The position numbers and the translations under genes are program-made. A model generated the notes under the pieces. It was not told where the DNA came from. It did no database searches and saw nothing but the letters and a program-made list of their open reading frames with translations. Of a stretch of DNA of 64,000 bases, positions 47,643 through 58,191 are shown piece by piece (the first letter of the stretch is position 1; every line of letters begins with the position of its first letter). Source of the stretch: a virus. Lineage: Duplodnaviria > Heunggongvirae > Uroviricota > Caudoviricetes. Location of the stretch: the IMG/VR virus record IMGVR_UViG_3300031134_000612. One strand, 5' to 3'.

Positions 47643-47668
47643 AAAAGAGGCTTCGGCCTCTTTTTTTA
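47643..47668. terminator. bidirectional terminator (AGAGGC-TTCG-GCCTCT + T7)
   Basis: Tetraloop hairpin plus T-run. Confidence 0.7.
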
Positions 47669-48286
47669 TTGGTAATACATGATTATCGTTTTCTTTTCAT
47701 CTTCTGACATTTCCACAATGGTCTTATCCAGTATCGGTTTGAAATAAATTTCTCGAAATTGCTCATGAATGAATTGCACTTGTTTATTGACATCTTGAAG
47801 TTTTGGATAAGCAAACTCATGAAGAACAATATCATTGGCTGTTTTCATAGACAGATAAGGTAATGCAATAGGTTGATTGTTGTCAGGTCTTAAATAAAAT
47901 ACATTAGTAAAATAAAACCGCTTAGTTTCAAGGGTTAAATTTTCTTTATCACGAGTATGTTTTTCAATCAATAGCACGTTTTCTAAGAAAGCCATGAATA
48001 GTTTTCGTGATTGAACATGTTCAGCATAAGTCATAACTAAATTACTTTCATTGACAGAGTTTTTATGGAATTTAAAAGTGTTTTTATAGAATAAGTCATG
48101 TTCATCAGACATGCTATCGTCCATATCAAAGAAACCTTCTCCAGCAATGATAAAGTTATTTTCACTAAACGCTTGATCAAAAGAGATCTTGGCTGAATGT
48201 CTGTATATTTCCCCTTCACAATAGGTATAGGTATACTTATTGTTATTTAACTGATCCCGTAAAAATCGATTGAAATTGTTAATCAT
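47666..48286 (-). CDS. family member, subfamily B (206 aa; ends KKTIIMYYQ)
   Basis: Tail pattern and tandem position. Confidence 0.5.
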   Translation of the reverse strand: MINNFNRFLRDQLNNNKYTYTYCEGEIYRHSAKISFDQAFSENNFIIAGEGFFDMDDSMSDEHDLFYKNTFKFHKNSVNESNLVMTYAEHVQSRKLFMAFLENVLLIEKHTRDKENLTLETKRFYFTNVFYLRPDNNQPIALPYLSMKTANDIVLHEFAYPKLQDVNKQVQFIHEQFREIYFKPILDKTIVEMSEDEKKTIIMYYQ

Positions 48287-48295
48287 AAAAAGCCC

Positions 48296-48964
48296 TCAAT
48301 AATAATACATCTTAACGATTTGCTTTTCTGATCGAGTAAGCTTATCTGTTACATCCTTTTTTTCAATAATTTTTGAATAATATCGTTTATAAAACTCATT
48401 GTCAATGACTTTCATTGCAGCATTAAAATTATCCTCAGTGTTTTTAACGATAATGTAGAGTTCTTCCAGCAAACCATAGGCTTTAAACTTAAAAATTATT
48501 TTCTGATAGATTTGTTGTTTTATCGAATCAAACACATACACAGGACAGATTTCAAACATATTGAGGTTGCTGTATATCGGCTTTCGTTTAGTATTGATTT
48601 CACTGCCAGCATTGATATTTTTTAAATGTTCCATAATACGGATGAACGCTTGCTTAGCATAAAGATCATCAATGTTATTAAAATCAAACTTATAACGAAG
48701 ATTTTTTTTAGAAGGTTCTTCATCAATGATAAATGAGCATTCATGTTCCAAATCATGATAGAAATAGAGTAAATTGCCGACTGTAAATTGAAAGGGTTCA
48801 TCTTTTCGATAGCGAATGTCACCAGAAGGTGTTAAAAGTTGGACTTTGATTGAATAGCCAAATGATATTGAATAGTGATATCGGCCATCACTGATAACAT
48901 CTTTTAAATAGGAGTTAAATGACTCCATGTATTCTTTATTAATGGTAGGTTTAAGTTCAAGCAT
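48296..48964 (-). CDS. family member, subfamily B (222 aa; FYKRYYSKIIEKK ... QIVKMYYY)
   Basis: Shares the KRYY..I.E(K/R)K...(S/K)(E/K)(K/E)Q.L.KM(Y/V)Y(Y/F) C-terminus with 48966 and 49695. Confidence 0.55.
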   Translation of the reverse strand: MLELKPTINKEYMESFNSYLKDVISDGRYHYSISFGYSIKVQLLTPSGDIRYRKDEPFQFTVGNLLYFYHDLEHECSFIIDEEPSKKNLRYKFDFNNIDDLYAKQAFIRIMEHLKNINAGSEINTKRKPIYSNLNMFEICPVYVFDSIKQQIYQKIIFKFKAYGLLEELYIIVKNTEDNFNAAMKVIDNEFYKRYYSKIIEKKDVTDKLTRSEKQIVKMYYY

Positions 48965-48965
48965 G

Positions 48966-49661
48966 TTAAAAATAAACCATTTTAATGAGTTCTTGTTCTT
49001 TTTTACTCAAGAATTTACCACGTTCAATAGTCTTACGCTCAATAATATCATCGTAATAACGTTTTTGAAACTGAGCTTCCATGTCATCCATTGCCATCAA
49101 GAATTTATGATCATCATTCAAAACAACGATAGTATGCTCAGGAATCCCTTTGAATGCTTTGAAATGAATACGAGCACATTTACTGACGATTTTACTAGTT
49201 CGGTCGTATCGGTAAAAGCAATTGACTTTAAAGGTATCGGTTTCAAAATCAACCAGTTCTCTTTTACGTTTAATATCGTGTGCTTCATTCAACAAACGTA
49301 AATGTTTTTTTAATCGAATGAAAAACTCATCGAAATGAAATCTATACACATAATCAAACTTAACAGGCTTGCTTTTATCTTTTGGAGATTGAGCAAGAAA
49401 AAAAGAAATTTCAGAAGCAGAATCATAATTACATAATTCGGGTGATCTTAAAACGGCAACAAGATAGGACTCATCAAAAGATTCAATATGACCTTTACCC
49501 CAGCTATTTATTTCAATAACCCGAGTTCTACGCCCATCAGCCTGAAGTGGGTATCGGACAATGCTAGTATTTGTAAACCCATATTCATGATGTTTATCAG
49601 TAAACTTTGCAGAGAAATATTTACTCAGTTCTTCTGCTTTATTGATCTCTTTTTTAAACAT
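48966..49661 (-). CDS. family member, subfamily B (231 aa; FQKRYYDDIIERK ... ELIKMVYF)
   Basis: As above; also YGFTNTSIVRYPLQADGRRTRV, shared with 49695 (YGVNQFGICRYPLNTDGNRIRV). Confidence 0.55.
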   Translation of the reverse strand: MFKKEINKAEELSKYFSAKFTDKHHEYGFTNTSIVRYPLQADGRRTRVIEINSWGKGHIESFDESYLVAVLRSPELCNYDSASEISFFLAQSPKDKSKPVKFDYVYRFHFDEFFIRLKKHLRLLNEAHDIKRKRELVDFETDTFKVNCFYRYDRTSKIVSKCARIHFKAFKGIPEHTIVVLNDDHKFLMAMDDMEAQFQKRYYDDIIERKTIERGKFLSKKEQELIKMVYF

Positions 49662-49694
49662 GATAAATAACCTTTCGTAATTTAAGAGAGTGTA

Positions 49695-50429
49695 TCAGTA
49701 GTACATCATTTTGACAAGAGTTTTTAAGTCATTATCCCAAAGAGAAATATCCGCTAATTTGTAAAGGTCATCAAAACTAATTCGTGGAAAAGCTTCTCTT
49801 ATTTTTTCTTTGTAATAACGTTTAAAGAATTCCATATCCATATTTTTCATGGTCGATTGCGACGTTAAATCATGATTAGTAATATAGGAAGTTATATCTC
49901 TGGCACCTAATGATGAGTCGAAACCAATAAAAGTAACCGTAATGACTTTCGAAAATGATTGGCTAAGCTGGTCATATTTAAAACTGGAGTACAATTTAAA
50001 CTGATCACCTTGAACAAATCTGAAAGGTAATTGAATGGATTCTTTATTAATAATCTCTAAATGCTGATTGAATCGATTGATAAAGTTTTCGATATTCTTG
50101 CAAGATAAATTACCGAAATGATTAGAATAAATATCATCAATTTCAGTAGGTATAGCAAAATAAAGCGAACTAGGAGTGTCAGCCTGTGATGAAATAATAG
50201 AAGCTACACTATCGGATTTGTCAAAAGTATCATAGCCATCAGAAAAAAAGGATGATGATTCCATTGATACACGAATACGATTACCATCAGTGTTTAAAGG
50301 ATATCGACAAATACCAAATTGATTGACGCCATATTCGAATTCATTGTTAGTAAAATTGTCAACAAAAAAATCCAGAAGACCATGTATAGGGTATTTTTTC
50401 TTCCTTTCTTCCGTTATTTTTTCGATCAT
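49695..50429 (-). CDS. family member, subfamily B (244 aa; FFKRYYKEKIRE ... LVKMMYY)
   Basis: As above. Confidence 0.55.
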   Translation of the reverse strand: MIEKITEERKKKYPIHGLLDFFVDNFTNNEFEYGVNQFGICRYPLNTDGNRIRVSMESSSFFSDGYDTFDKSDSVASIISSQADTPSSLYFAIPTEIDDIYSNHFGNLSCKNIENFINRFNQHLEIINKESIQLPFRFVQGDQFKLYSSFKYDQLSQSFSKVITVTFIGFDSSLGARDITSYITNHDLTSQSTMKNMDMEFFKRYYKEKIREAFPRISFDDLYKLADISLWDNDLKTLVKMMYY

Positions 50430-50461
50430 ATCATTACCTTAAATATTTATAAATATAGATA

Positions 50462-50487
50462 CAAAAAAGGATGGCCGAAGCCATCCA
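50462..50487 (-). terminator. rho-independent terminator (GGATGGC-CGAA-GCCATCC; T-run on minus) after the BI-1 gene
   Basis: Hairpin with an A6 run on plus, which is a T-run on minus. Confidence 0.6.
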
Positions 50488-50504
50488 TAATTTATTCAAC
50501 TGTT

Positions 50505-51155
50505 TTAGTCTTTTTTACCCATGATTTCAAGGATTCGCAAGAACAAGTTGATAATGTCCATGTAAAGAGCGGCTGCGGAGTCTACGGCGTTATCAACCGT
50601 TTTAGGCAAGGCTGCGGCTTTACCCCAGTCATAACCAATATAACCACAGAAGATAGCTGCGATAATCCAGTCCATAATGCCCAATTTCATTTTAAACACA
50701 AAGGTCAAAATCAATTCAGCAATGATAGAAGCCAACAAACCCCAGAACAGTCCAGAAGCAATGCTTTCAAAGAACTTAGGATAAGCAGTACCCAACAACA
50801 TCATAATACACGTTACCACCGTTGTAACCTGCATAGCATTGATAACCAGATCAGGTGAATACTGAGAGGTGACAATGTTCACAATCAAACCAAAGGGAAC
50901 AGCCACAAAGTTAAACCCGATAAAGCTAACCAGTGCATTGCTGGATGATGTAAACAAGTAGATACCAAAGAAGCAACTGATAAAGTAGCCTACTAAGAAG
51001 ATCCAAATCGGAACAGCCATAATACTGGCAACAGGAACGCTTTTAACAATCAGAACGTTCAACAAGAAACCATAAAGCAAAACAGCACCGATGATAAAAT
51101 TATACAATCGGGTTGAAATGGTATTGGTATTTGCATAAGCTGCAGATGTTTTCAT
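50505..51155 (-). CDS. Bax-inhibitor-1/YccA (TMBIM) family 7-TM membrane protein
   Basis: Seven hydrophobic segments and the family C-terminal signature (DWIIAAIFCGYIGYDWG ... AALYMDIINLFLRILEIMGKKD). Confidence 0.75.
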   Translation of the reverse strand: MKTSAAYANTNTISTRLYNFIIGAVLLYGFLLNVLIVKSVPVASIMAVPIWIFLVGYFISCFFGIYLFTSSSNALVSFIGFNFVAVPFGLIVNIVTSQYSPDLVINAMQVTTVVTCIMMLLGTAYPKFFESIASGLFWGLLASIIAELILTFVFKMKLGIMDWIIAAIFCGYIGYDWGKAAALPKTVDNAVDSAAALYMDIINLFLRILEIMGKKD

Positions 51156-51224
51156 TTATTTTAAAACTCCGTAAGGTTAGTGTTAAGTCGCTAGTATAGC
51201 AAAAATATTAAAATATGACAAGCA

Positions 51225-51794
51225 TTAAATGAAGCTCATTCGAATCACATCAATTGCGTCTGTGCTCAATGTAGTCAAAGGTTTTTGCAATTCTTCTGGT
51301 AAGCTGTCCTTTATAACGTTTCTTTTATAGAAATCAAACAAATAATCTTCAATAACATTTAGGTCACTATCAGGAATTTCAATAATTAAAATATCATAAT
51401 CACCATTATCTAAATTAATAAATTCAAAACTCTTTGCCATGATAATACTAGCATGTTCATCTAATAGATAATATGTTCGTTCAAGAGAACAGGCTTCATC
51501 AAGGTTAAAAACATTCTCATACTGGTTAATAAGTCTAATTGATTTTGATTGAAATGAATACTTTTTTTCAAGATATTCTGTTAATTGAAAAAAAAGTGGG
51601 TGACTCTGTGAAGGACAAAAAGAACTTCCTTCTTCTACTGTTACATTATTGAATAACGTTGAATCCTCATAGACGAGCTTTGGGATTTTAGATCGAAAAT
51701 CCTCTTTTGTAATATTATGTTCTATACAAAAATCTTGGATTTGCTCATAAATTAAATCGTATGAAAAATCTGTTGTTTTAATCATGGTTGTCAA
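51225..51794 (-). CDS. family member, subfamily C (189 aa; LPEELQKPLTTLSTDAIDVIRMSFI)
   Basis: Shares the N-terminal (IYxxIQD-F/Y-C...IT-E/K-x-x-FR) and C-terminal (L/F)P(E/S)EL(K/Q)KP(L/I)(T/S)(T/Q)L motifs with the next two genes. Confidence 0.55.
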   Translation of the reverse strand: MTTMIKTTDFSYDLIYEQIQDFCIEHNITKEDFRSKIPKLVYEDSTLFNNVTVEEGSSFCPSQSHPLFFQLTEYLEKKYSFQSKSIRLINQYENVFNLDEACSLERTYYLLDEHASIIMAKSFEFINLDNGDYDILIIEIPDSDLNVIEDYLFDFYKRNVIKDSLPEELQKPLTTLSTDAIDVIRMSFI

Positions 51795-51800
51795 TCCTTT

Positions 51801-52361
51801 TTAAATGGTAATCATACGAATAAGATCAATTTCAACTTTAGAAAGCTGGCTCAATGGTTTTTTTAACTCTGATGGGAAGCTTTTATTCGTGAAATGAGCT
51901 AAATAATAATCAAACAATTGCTGTTCAAAAGCCATAGGATCACTATCACTGAATTCAGTCAACAGCATATGGTCAGCATCAGAATTTAATTCAAAAAATC
52001 TAAATGTATATTGTTCTCTTAATTCATGATTATTATCAATAGAATAATATGTTAAAAGCCTATAACACTCTTTTTTATTAGGATTAAACAAGAGATCATA
52101 CTGTTCAACTATCGGAGAAAGTTTAGATGTAAATGAATATTTATCATGTAGATATTTAACTACATCACGAAAAAGTGGATTAACTCGCTCTGGGTAAAAT
52201 ACTGTAGACCTTTCAAGCGTCACATGGTCTATTAAAAATGAAAAATAAAAAAGAGGTGGAAAACCCAGTCGAAAAGATTTTTCTGTAATGCCTTTACTTT
52301 CACAATAATCTTGAATATGTGAATAGATGGTATTGAGTGAGAATGTATCCGATGTACTCAT
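51801..52361 (-). CDS. family member, subfamily C (186 aa; FPSELKKPLSQLSKVEIDLIRMITI)
   Basis: As above. Confidence 0.55.
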   Translation of the reverse strand: MSTSDTFSLNTIYSHIQDYCESKGITEKSFRLGFPPLFYFSFLIDHVTLERSTVFYPERVNPLFRDVVKYLHDKYSFTSKLSPIVEQYDLLFNPNKKECYRLLTYYSIDNNHELREQYTFRFFELNSDADHMLLTEFSDSDPMAFEQQLFDYYLAHFTNKSFPSELKKPLSQLSKVEIDLIRMITI

Positions 52362-52428
52362 TTTACATTTCCTATTTTGAATAGGTCATTATTATATCAA
52401 AAAAATAAGAAAAGGTCTACTGAAACTA

Positions 52429-53058
52429 TCAGATAACATACATCATAAATAACTGATATTCATCGTCGGTTAATTGAGTGATAGGTTTTTTGAGTTCTTC
52501 GGGCAACCCAGTTATATATTTGGTATAGGCATAAAAGAAAAAATGATCAATGTCTTTATCAAATTTATGTTCATCCATGCCATCATATAAGAGAATTTCA
52601 ACACCATCGTCATTTTCATCACAAGGGTCAGTCAATCGAAGGGTTCTGAATATTTTTAATCGGCCTGCATGATCAAAATAAAAACTGTCTTCGAAATCAT
52701 AAAATGGTTCATCGATAACACAAAGACTGGTAGCAATTTTAAATATGGTTTTCATAACAGGAAACACAACATCACCATCTTCAATCTCTTCATGGTTTAA
52801 AAGAGCCAATGACTTGATATATTCATTGCATTCATCATAGGGCCAAAAGAAATGAAAACAATTAACATTAATTTCACTGGTATCACAATAATTATAATGT
52901 AGCCTTAAATTATCGACAAAACCTTTTACAGTAAATCCCTTAATGTCTTTACCACCTTTAAAGCCTTTCATTAATGCTAATGCTTCATCAGCACCATACT
53001 CTTGTGATATCTTGGGATAACTTTGATGTCGATTATAGTCATAAGGAATAGTTGTCAT
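52429..53058 (-). CDS. family member, subfamily C (209 aa; LPEELKKPITQLTDDEYQLFMMYVI)
   Basis: As above. Confidence 0.55.
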   Translation of the reverse strand: MTTIPYDYNRHQSYPKISQEYGADEALALMKGFKGGKDIKGFTVKGFVDNLRLHYNYCDTSEINVNCFHFFWPYDECNEYIKSLALLNHEEIEDGDVVFPVMKTIFKIATSLCVIDEPFYDFEDSFYFDHAGRLKIFRTLRLTDPCDENDDGVEILLYDGMDEHKFDKDIDHFFFYAYTKYITGLPEELKKPITQLTDDEYQLFMMYVI

Positions 53059-53915
53059 ATCGCCTCCATTAACAATAAGGAAATATACTGTTCTCTTGTT
53101 GTTCTGTCATAAATATTCATGTCTGCTTTTCTCACGCCGTAGCGTTTTTTAACAACCGGAATTAATCTATCTACAAAATGACGATACATGGATTCTTCAA
53201 GAGTGGATTCATCTACGGGTCTTGACATCGACATAAGATCACTGTAAATGCGACCAGCATATATTTTTCTAGTAGCACAAATCTTTCCACTGATGATATC
53301 AACAACAAAGTTGAGTTCATATTCTGGCCCAAAATGAGTATTGATGATTACAACTGGTTTTAGGACACCTTCGTCAATATAAAAATGAATCGTACTGGTG
53401 ATTGAAGCGTTCTGTAAATGCCTGTTATTTGTTTTGTAAAGATCATGAAATTTTAAAATAGCCAAATCACACGTTTTATTAATATAACTTTGGTTCCATT
53501 TTTTACTAAATGTTAAATAGTTCTTTTCATTACCTATATAATCAATAGAATTATTTTTAATGAAAGTTATAAGCCCATGTTTCTCCATTGAATAAGCGGC
53601 TTTAAAGTAAGCATTAATCACTTTATCAACAGTTTCTAATTTGAAATTAATGGCTTTTAAAAAGATTTCATCAAATAAAGGATGATCGTTTAAATCAAAA
53701 TAGTCAGTTTTAAAATAAGCTAAATGATTATGAGTAAAAACATCAAAACGACTTTTATAATTATGAGTGGCATCATCAAAAACATTTTGAAAATTCTCAA
53801 AATGAAAATAAAAATGATCAAATTTTGGACTCATTTTTACACAAGTGTCTACAAAAATATCACATTGAAGGCGTAGTGCTTCATGAAGTGTTGTTATTGC
53901 TTTATTCTGAATCAT
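53055..53915 (-). CDS. family member (286 aa; ends YISLLLMEAI)
   Basis: Tail pattern; 4-nt overlap. Confidence 0.5.
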   Translation of the reverse strand: MIQNKAITTLHEALRLQCDIFVDTCVKMSPKFDHFYFHFENFQNVFDDATHNYKSRFDVFTHNHLAYFKTDYFDLNDHPLFDEIFLKAINFKLETVDKVINAYFKAAYSMEKHGLITFIKNNSIDYIGNEKNYLTFSKKWNQSYINKTCDLAILKFHDLYKTNNRHLQNASITSTIHFYIDEGVLKPVVIINTHFGPEYELNFVVDIISGKICATRKIYAGRIYSDLMSMSRPVDESTLEESMYRHFVDRLIPVVKKRYGVRKADMNIYDRTTREQYISLLLMEAI

Positions 53916-53975
53916 ACGGCCTCCAATAATCCAGAGAGTATACTACGAAAGATATTATTAATCAATATTAAACAA

Positions 53976-54002
53976 CAAAAAAGCCTCCGAAGAGGCTTTT
54001 TC
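53976..54002. terminator. bidirectional terminator (GCCTC-CGAA-GAGGC + T5) downstream of ligA
   Basis: A-run, hairpin, T-run. Confidence 0.65.
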
Positions 54003-54017
54003 TGTTAACGCATTAAC

Positions 54018-55892
54018 TTAGCTTGCAATGTATTTAGCTACAAATTCAGCTTCGGTCAAGATTTCAATATCAACACCTTTTGCTTTCAAGGCTTGGGCGT
54101 CAGCAAGTTTACTGCCAGCACTTTCACCATAAACAAGAATTTGTGTTGTCTTGCTTGCTTTGCTTTGAATCTTAGCACCTTTCGAAGTAAAGAAGGCTTC
54201 AATCTCTTTACGTGAGTAGCTGACCATTGTGCCAGTTACTACAACGTTCTTACCAGAGAATGGGCTATCGTTATCTACAACTGCTTGTGAAGACACTTCA
54301 AGGTTGAACAAAGGACGCAAGGCGTTAATCAATTCAAGTTTTTCTTGAATACCGGCTGGAATAATAACGCTATTCACTTTACCGTAACCTTTAATCTTGA
54401 TCAATTTATCTGCTTCTACTTCATGCAAGGCATCAATATTGAAGATTTTAAGCAACTTTTTGGAGTCGCCTTTACCAAGGCTCGAAATACCAAAAGCTGC
54501 AAGGAAACGCCAGTCTTCAATTTTGCTGGTTTTACTGGTTTCAAGAGCAGCAACCAAGTTAGGGCTTTCACCTTTACCAAAACCGGCTGTCAAGAAATCT
54601 TGCTCATTCATTGCGTAAATCTTTGGCAAGGTGTCAAAACCTGCTTCAACCAACTTAGCAACTGTTTTACCACCAAAACCATCGTTGTTATCCAAAGTTG
54701 AGAAGAAGTGCAACAACGTCTGGCTAATTTGTTCTGAGCAACCCGAGTGGTTAGGGCAGAAAAGGAAATGGCTTTCCCATTCAAGCACGGTATCGCAGCA
54801 AGGGCAATTGGTTGGAACAGTGTATTCAGCTTCTTTAAGCACTTTTTCGATTTTAGGAATAACTTCACCGCTACGAATGATTTCAATAACAGCACCCGGC
54901 CCGATTTTATTAGTGCGAACGTTGTTCATGTGGTGAGCGGTCACGTTACTGATGGTCGCACCAGAAACAAGAACTGGATCAACAGCAAGAACTGGGGTAA
55001 CGGTGCCCGTGCGGCCTACTTGAAGTTTAACGTCAAGCACAGTAGTTTGGGCAGTTTCGCCACGTTCTTTGAATGCACATTGCCATTTGTTGTGATGGTT
55101 GTTGTAACCCATGTATTCTTTGATTTCTGGAACAATGGATTCAATCACAAAGCCGTCAATCAAGTAAGGGATTGCAGCACGAAGTTCATCGTTGATTTTT
55201 TCAAGATTTTCCAACAAGTCTTCGGCAGTACCAACATACGCTTGCAAAGTGGTGTAAGGCACAAAGTGAATAGCACCATCGTCCAACGCCTTCTGAGTTT
55301 CGGCACGAGTGTCTTCCTGAGACAAAACACTGCTCATCATGTTACGTGGATGTGGGAACATCGAAGCAAGGTTTTCTTCAAAATAAGTTTTTTCGATAAC
55401 CAATTCACCACGACCTTCGGCATTTTCTTTACGAATAACACCTTTATCAAAGATGTAGGTAATATCGTTACCACGAACACCATCACCACGGGTCGCCAAC
55501 TTATCAAATTCGTAAGAACCAGCAAAACCATCAAGTTTGCAGGTGACTTTATACATCGCTGGAATATGAAGATCATGAGCTACATCTTCAACACGCTTGA
55601 ACCATTTAGCCAACTTTTCTTTGGTGTAGAATTTTTCGGTAGACAGCATAGGAGAAGAGTGAGTAATAGCATTTTCGCCTACTTCTTCTTTATCAATGTC
55701 TTCAAACCAACTTGATTCTGGGAACTTTTCACGGAAATCTTCGACAATGGCATCGTAATTTTCATCTTCAATAGGATCTAGACCAAATACTTCTGTCTTA
55801 GGAAGAGATTTTACATAGCATTTACTGTAGTCATCAAGCAGTGCAATAAATTCTGCTTCGGTTACTGGGTATTTTACGTCATTAATATTCAT
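54018..55892 (-). CDS. ligA: NAD-dependent DNA ligase (LigA-type) with Ia, adenylation, OB, Zn-finger, HhH and BRCT domains
   Basis: KxDG adenylation motif (CKLDGFAG), Cys4 zinc finger (CPCCDTVLEWESHFLFCPNHSGC), and a C-terminal BRCT-like segment (GKNVVVTGTMVSYSRKEIEAFF...GVDIEILTEAEF); GGAG SD. Confidence 0.9.
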   Translation of the reverse strand: MNINDVKYPVTEAEFIALLDDYSKCYVKSLPKTEVFGLDPIEDENYDAIVEDFREKFPESSWFEDIDKEEVGENAITHSSPMLSTEKFYTKEKLAKWFKRVEDVAHDLHIPAMYKVTCKLDGFAGSYEFDKLATRGDGVRGNDITYIFDKGVIRKENAEGRGELVIEKTYFEENLASMFPHPRNMMSSVLSQEDTRAETQKALDDGAIHFVPYTTLQAYVGTAEDLLENLEKINDELRAAIPYLIDGFVIESIVPEIKEYMGYNNHHNKWQCAFKERGETAQTTVLDVKLQVGRTGTVTPVLAVDPVLVSGATISNVTAHHMNNVRTNKIGPGAVIEIIRSGEVIPKIEKVLKEAEYTVPTNCPCCDTVLEWESHFLFCPNHSGCSEQISQTLLHFFSTLDNNDGFGGKTVAKLVEAGFDTLPKIYAMNEQDFLTAGFGKGESPNLVAALETSKTSKIEDWRFLAAFGISSLGKGDSKKLLKIFNIDALHEVEADKLIKIKGYGKVNSVIIPAGIQEKLELINALRPLFNLEVSSQAVVDNDSPFSGKNVVVTGTMVSYSRKEIEAFFTSKGAKIQSKASKTTQILVYGESAGSKLADAQALKAKGVDIEILTEAEFVAKYIAS

Positions 55893-55976
55893 GTGTTAAG
55901 CTCCGTTTGATTTCATATATTATACCATTTTTAGTGGTTGGGATCAAGCAAAATAAGGCATTTTATGAGTTTTTTG

Positions 55977-56795
55977 TTAAATTTTCATCATATCAAAAAG
56001 CGTGTTAATTGAATCCACGTCAAAACTTTCAAAATCAATCGGCGTATTGGCAAATGCCTCATACTTATCTTTGTAATTGATATTAAACAATTCACGTTTC
56101 AAAACAAGACTCAACCCAGCCAAAAAATCTTCAAATTTATCAAAAGTTTTTGTTGTTCTAAAAAGAGTAACCTGTTTTTCGTTTTCATCAGTGCTCATAA
56201 TGCTCACATTGTAAGTGAAAACATTATTTACATTACTAAAATTAATAACCAGTTCTTGATGCTTTTGAACACCATGAAACCCCATACTAACCCGAGTAGG
56301 TGTGCGGAAAGTATTTTGAATACCAGCTACATTATCATTGAAAATAATATCATAAGACAACGAAACAGGGATAGGTTTACTGATTTTGTTATTTTCGAAC
56401 TCTTCATAAATTTCAGCAGGGACAGTCATCATATTCATGTGACGGTCATACCAGAAACTGGATAATTTTTGACTCATGCGTTCTGGGGTCTTGAAACGAC
56501 TTTCAAAACCAGTACCTGATGTAAACAGACGGTAGTTAAACATAGTATTAAAAAGAGTGGAACAAATTTCAAACATTTGTTCTTGGCTGAATGGTTGTTC
56601 ATAATTGATGTTTTCAATCAACGCCGCATAAGATTTATTGAAACCAACCTGAATGTCGCTGCGATCTCTGGTTGAGCGAGGTAAACTGTGAAGAAAAAAT
56701 CCATTATCGACATTTTTCAAGCAAGGGGTAAAAAATACTTTTACATTGCTATCATCAAAGCCTACTTTGTAATGTTTTTTCAATGTTTCAATCAT
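55977..56795 (-). CDS. family member (272 aa; ends INTLFDMMKI)
   Basis: Tail pattern. Confidence 0.5.
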   Translation of the reverse strand: MIETLKKHYKVGFDDSNVKVFFTPCLKNVDNGFFLHSLPRSTRDRSDIQVGFNKSYAALIENINYEQPFSQEQMFEICSTLFNTMFNYRLFTSGTGFESRFKTPERMSQKLSSFWYDRHMNMMTVPAEIYEEFENNKISKPIPVSLSYDIIFNDNVAGIQNTFRTPTRVSMGFHGVQKHQELVINFSNVNNVFTYNVSIMSTDENEKQVTLFRTTKTFDKFEDFLAGLSLVLKRELFNINYKDKYEAFANTPIDFESFDVDSINTLFDMMKI

Positions 56796-56879
56796 CGTTT
56801 CATCCTCAAAATTTTATAAATTATATCAAAATAAAAGAAAAAAGTCATCCATTATCTAAGATGACTTTAAAAATAAAAA

Positions 56880-56903
56880 CAAAAAAGGCTAGTAATTAGC
56901 CTT
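56880..56903 (-). terminator. rho-independent terminator (GGCTA-GTAAT-TAGCC; T-run on minus)
   Basis: A6 on plus, hairpin; downstream of 56910..58175. Confidence 0.55.
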
Positions 56904-56909
56904 CTTAAG

Positions 56910-58175
56910 TTAAATGCAATTTCTTGCCAACAGCTTTTCCCTAATGACTTGAATATCTTTTTCTTTCGCTTCACATACAGGAAGTTTTTTGTGATATTTA
57001 GAGACAAATGTAAAAGACTTCACAACCAAATCCAACCATTCTGGTTCTATTTCTCCATTCACTGGAAGTTTATACATTGCACTTTTAGAACTGTATATCG
57101 AGATATAGCCATAATCACTACTACCATGAACCATACCAGTCTCACGCTTTTGAGTTTCTAACATATCATCAGTAAAAGCAATGTAATAGCGACCCTGTTC
57201 GTTTTTCTTCCATTTTGCATCGCTTGACCACAAACCATAGGTATACAACAAATTAATATTATCTGTCACCATATAATCCATAACAGATGATAAACTGGTC
57301 ACATCATATGGCTTCTGCTTCTCAATAGAAAATTCTGCCGCCAATCCATCAGCATTATAGTAAGACCTAAGAATGGTGTAAGGGTTTTCATTTTTAACTA
57401 CTACACCATTTTCAATCACCGCACAAGGCTCAGTATTTTCAATATAATGTTTTACAATTTCAGGATATTCACCAATCACAATCGTATCATGTGGGAATTT
57501 AACATCATCTACATTTTCTTCTAATTCGTCAAAAATACGAATAACGCCCGTTTCAGTGTCACGTTCATACAAGATAAACGTAGTCACACAAGCCGAAGTA
57601 CTAGTATAGGAAATAACTTCTTTTGTACCAAATCGATGTTTGTGGAAACAATCACTTCGATCATCTAGTTTATCTTCATAGTGATTAGCAGCTTCAAAAA
57701 TAAGGTTAACATCACTTTTGAACCCGAAATCATAAGCGGCCATATCTTCTGAAAACAAATGATATTTGTCATCAAAATGATTCAAATCAAGATCAGTCAT
57801 CATCTTTTTAAGCAATGAGATATTAGAAACATGAAATTGATAAGAAGCCATCATAGAGAATGAACCATCACTTTTCATGCGTTCCCATTCTTTTGGGCTA
57901 GCCAGCAAAGAAATCATCAATTGTTCACGAACGTTTTCTTGTTCTTTAATTTTATCTGCAGCGACACGGTAGACAACAAACAGCTCGTCAAGTTTAAAGA
58001 TGTAATGAAACCCATCATAAGCATTTTGAGTGATCAAGGTGGTTTCTTTTTTGTTGTTATAGTTCTTTTTTTCTGATAGCTTTTTAAAATTACCATTGGT
58101 TAGACCTTTTAGAAACATATCTTCCATGACCACACAAACAGCACCCGCAAATTTAGGTAAGTTAATATCTCTCAT
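56910..58175 (-). CDS. hypothetical protein (421 aa)
   Basis: Long ORF, no domain recognised. Confidence 0.55.
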   Translation of the reverse strand: MRDINLPKFAGAVCVVMEDMFLKGLTNGNFKKLSEKKNYNNKKETTLITQNAYDGFHYIFKLDELFVVYRVAADKIKEQENVREQLMISLLASPKEWERMKSDGSFSMMASYQFHVSNISLLKKMMTDLDLNHFDDKYHLFSEDMAAYDFGFKSDVNLIFEAANHYEDKLDDRSDCFHKHRFGTKEVISYTSTSACVTTFILYERDTETGVIRIFDELEENVDDVKFPHDTIVIGEYPEIVKHYIENTEPCAVIENGVVVKNENPYTILRSYYNADGLAAEFSIEKQKPYDVTSLSSVMDYMVTDNINLLYTYGLWSSDAKWKKNEQGRYYIAFTDDMLETQKRETGMVHGSSDYGYISIYSSKSAMYKLPVNGEIEPEWLDLVVKSFTFVSKYHKKLPVCEAKEKDIQVIREKLLARNCI

Positions 58176-58191
58176 TGTAAAATATCCTCGA

